Origin: Scenedesmus sp. PABB004
Taxonomy: Eukaryota
NCBI GenBank assembly: GCA_014905635.1
Contig: JABVCE010000016.1
Span: 310,001-374,000 of the forward strand
Length of the DNA stretch: 64,000 nt
Direction: 5' to 3'
Positions 61,217 to 64,000 of this stretch are shown here, piece after piece. Both the position numbers and the translations under genes were made by a program. The notes below the pieces were generated by a model. It searched no databases. It was given only the letters and a program-made list of their open reading frames with translations, and was not told the origin of the DNA. Position 1 is the stretch's first letter. Each line of letters begins with the position of its first letter.

Positions 61217-63018
61217 ATGCCACGGCGGCGGCGCCGCGGCGGCAGCGGCGCGCGTGTGTCCGTCGCGCTGCTGGCCCTGCTAGGGCTGGCCCTGCAGGCC
61301 GCCCAGGCGCGGCAGCTCTGGACCGCCCCGCTGCCGTACACCAGCCTCTGGCGACCGCCGCCGGAGCACAGCTGGCGGCGCGGCGCCGTGCCGACCCCGC
61401 TCGACGCCGTGCGTGAGCTGGCAATCTGCCTGTACGGCCCCCGCAACGACCTGGCCTGCATCCCGCAGTTCTGCAGCCCCGACGTCGTCGTACACGTGAG
61501 CTGTGTGGCGGCGGCCTCGGGCGCGCGACGCGCTCGCGCCACGCGGCCGCGCGCCGGCCGCCCGCGGCGCGCAGGGCGACGGCGTGTGGCTGCCGCGCGC
61601 GCCGTTTGCGGGCACCGCCTGGGTGACGGAGCTGCACCGCGAGCTTTTTTCCGAATACTCCGGCTGGTCGTTCACCTTCCTCGAGCTCGCCGCGACCCCG
61701 GGTGCGGTGCAGCGCGGCGCAGCGCGGCGCGGCGGCTCCGACGCAGCGTGTCGCGCGCGCGGCGGCCCACGCCCGAGCGCGCGTGTGTCGCCGCCGCGCG
61801 CTGGGCGCGCGCAGGCGCCGCCAAGGGCTTCTCAGAGGTTCTCGGCTTCTTCCACTGGAGCGCCAATAACACTGGTGCGCCCGGCCGGCCGCGCCCTCCG
61901 TGCGCTCGCGCGCTCGCGCTCGCTGCCGCCCGTCGCGGCGCCGCCCACGCGGCCGCCCCGCGCGCGCGCCGCGGCGCGGCGCGGCGCGCCACCAGGGCCC
62001 TACCACGGCCTGCCGCCCACCCAGCGGGCGTCGACCGACTACGGCATCCTGCACGCCACGACCGACAGGTCGGGGCGCGTCGTTGACGTCACGCTCTGGC
62101 GCGCCGGCTTTGCCGAGGAGCGGGAGGTGCTGGTGAGGCCGCCGCGCCGCGCCGCGGCGGCCGCGCACCCGCACGCCAGCGCGCGCCCGGCGCGCCGAGC
62201 CGCCGCCGCGGCGCGCTGTCCCGCCGCCGCTGCCCCGCAGCTGCGGGAGCCGGGCCTGGATGACGTGATCACGCCGCTACACGCCATCACGGAGCAGCCG
62301 TTCTGGCAGCCGAGCAAGAGCCTGCAGCTGCGCATGGTCAACCACGCGCATGCGATCATCGAGGTGCTCAACCAGGTGCGGCGCCCGCGGCGCCGGGGCT
62401 GGCCGGCGCGCGCCCTCGGCCGCCGCTGTGTGTGCGTGTGCGCATGCGCGCGCGCGCCCGGCCCCCACCGCCTGCACGCGTCGCGTCGCGTCGCCGCGCC
62501 GCGTCGCGTCCCCGCGCCCAGGGCGGCAAGTTCCTGGACACCTTGGACGACGTGGCGGCGCCGGGCGTGGTGCTGATCGACGGCATGGCCATCTGGGGGC
62601 CGCGCAAGGCGACCGGCCTGCCCGCGCTCAAGCTCTGGCTCGCCGGGTGGCTGCAGCGCTTCGCCGTCACCGCCGCGCCCACCGCGACCGCCGCGACGCC
62701 GGGCAGCAACAAGGCGCGCGGCGCGCGGCGCGCGGCGCGCGGCGCGCGGCGCCGCCCGGGAGAGCACGCCGCGCCGCGCCGGCGCCGCGCTGAGACGCCC
62801 GCGCCGCGCGCAGGTGTTTGCGTGCTTCCGCCTGCTGCTGGATGCCGGCGGCGGCCGCCCGCCGGACCAGGTGGAGGGCTGCTGGATGATGGTGTTCAGC
62901 ATCAACGGCCGCATCACGCACATGGTTGTGTACCGCAACGGGACGCCCCAGGAGGCGGCTGAGCGGTTCATCGGCGGCCGCACCACGCAGCGCCGCAGCG
63001 GCAGCAGCAGCAGTGACC

Positions 63019-63104
<86 letters not shown>

Positions 63105-63185
63105 AGTAGCAGCGGCGGCGGCAGCAGTAGCGGCAGGGGCGCAGCGCCGCGGCGAGGCGGGCCGGCGCTGGCGGAGTCGCGATGA
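61217..63185 (+). CDS. Hypothetical secreted or membrane-anchored protein
   Basis: Signal-like VSVALLALLGLALQAAQA; several consistent exons; poly-Gly tail. Confidence 0.6.
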
Positions 63186-63234
63186 GAGGGCTGTTGCTTT
63201 TCAAGTAACATTACAAGCTCCAGACACCGCGGCG

Positions 63235-63801
63235 TCACCACCAGCGCCACCACGACCCGCCGACGCCATACTGCCGCAGCTCGCGCTTGACGCCTGCGAG
63301 CGCCGCGCGCGTCTCCGGCGTCCGCGGCAGCGCCGCCAGCTCGTCGAGCTGCGCCTGCAGCTCGGCCTGCGCGCGCGGGCCGCGTCGGCGTGTGCGGCGC
63401 GTTTGAGGGCGCGGCACGCGCGGGCGCGGCGGCCCGCGCGTCGCGCCGCGCCGCAGCACCTTGCGCTCCGCGACCAGCTCCGCCAGCGGCCGCGGCGGCG
63501 GCGGCGGCGGCGGCTCCTCGATGTGCCGCAGCGAGCGCGCGGCGGAGGTGATGAACGACCCCACGAAAAACATCGCCACCAGCCCCCCCGCCGCGACGCC
63601 CGTCGCCAGCGCGGCTGCGCCGTGGTGCGGCGCGGCCGCGGCGTCAGCTGGCGGCGGCGCGGCGTGGCTGCCGGGGCTGCGGCGGCGGGCGGCGGCGCGG
63701 CGGCGGCGCTCACTCGACCAGATGAGGTTGCTGGTTGTGAAGAGCATGGACGGCAGCGACTGCTGCAGCTCCTCCTCGGTCAGCTGCTCGGGCCTCTTCA
63801 T
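63235..63801 (-). CDS. Small hypothetical single-pass membrane protein
   Basis: MKRPEQLTEEELQQSL / AGGLVAMFFVGSFI / AELQAQLDEL...GSWWRWW*. Confidence 0.55.
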   Translation of the reverse strand: MKRPEQLTEEELQQSLPSMLFTTSNLIWSSERRRRAAARRRSPGSHAAPPPADAAAAPHHGAAALATGVAAGGLVAMFFVGSFITSAARSLRHIEEPPPPPPPRPLAELVAERKVLRRGATRGPPRPRVPRPQTRRTRRRGPRAQAELQAQLDELAALPRTPETRAALAGVKRELRQYGVGGSWWRWW

Positions 63802-64000
63802 CTTGGGCGCGCCTACGAGCGGCCGGGCGGCGCCGAGTCGGAGGCGGCGGCGCCGCGCGGGCGCGCTGGCGCCTGCAGCGCCGCGTAGGCGGCGCCGCAC
63901 CCGGCGGCGCGCCGCTGCACCACCTCCTGCTGAATGCTGCCTGCTGCTGTCCCGGCTGCGCCAGCAGCAGCTGCCGCGCCCGGGCGCCCGCCGTGCGGAG

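Noticed and set aside
53411..63103. (GGC)n tracts encoding poly-Gly at about 53411-53488 and 63021-63103
   Set aside because: Ordinary trinucleotide microsatellites in a GC-rich genome

Overview
Extremely GC-rich, intron-dense eukaryotic nuclear DNA, most consistent with a chlorophyte green alga (Sphaeropleales-like; inference). The long six-frame ORFs are mostly GC artefacts. Manual splicing gives about 23 genes, mostly in alternating orientation: cytosolic LeuRS, PUS7/TruD, a CFAP52-like WD40 protein, CtIP/COM1-like, a BTB protein, organellar RF3 (prfC), RPS5, SPEF1-like, phosducin-like, expansin-like, two alpha/beta hydrolases, RPS19, DRC2/CCDC65, an SGNH hydrolase, a PTS2-bearing pseudouridine-5'-phosphate glycosidase and several hypotheticals. 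The most notable observations are: (1) the long LeuRS introns appear to host a cluster of non-coding RNAs, namely two near-identical snR83-like H/ACA RNAs, two SNORA70-like H/ACA RNAs with different 3' hairpins, a U55-like C/D RNA and two pre-miRNA-like hairpins; (2) about a quarter of the introns I could place (17 of 66 in six conserved genes) use GC-AG; (3) the putative poly(A) signal looks relaxed from UGUAA to NGUAA, often GGUAA. Several single-base frameshifts in conserved genes are probably assembly errors. Exon boundaries and rRNA target matches were worked out by eye and from recalled rRNA/snoRNA sequences, not computed.
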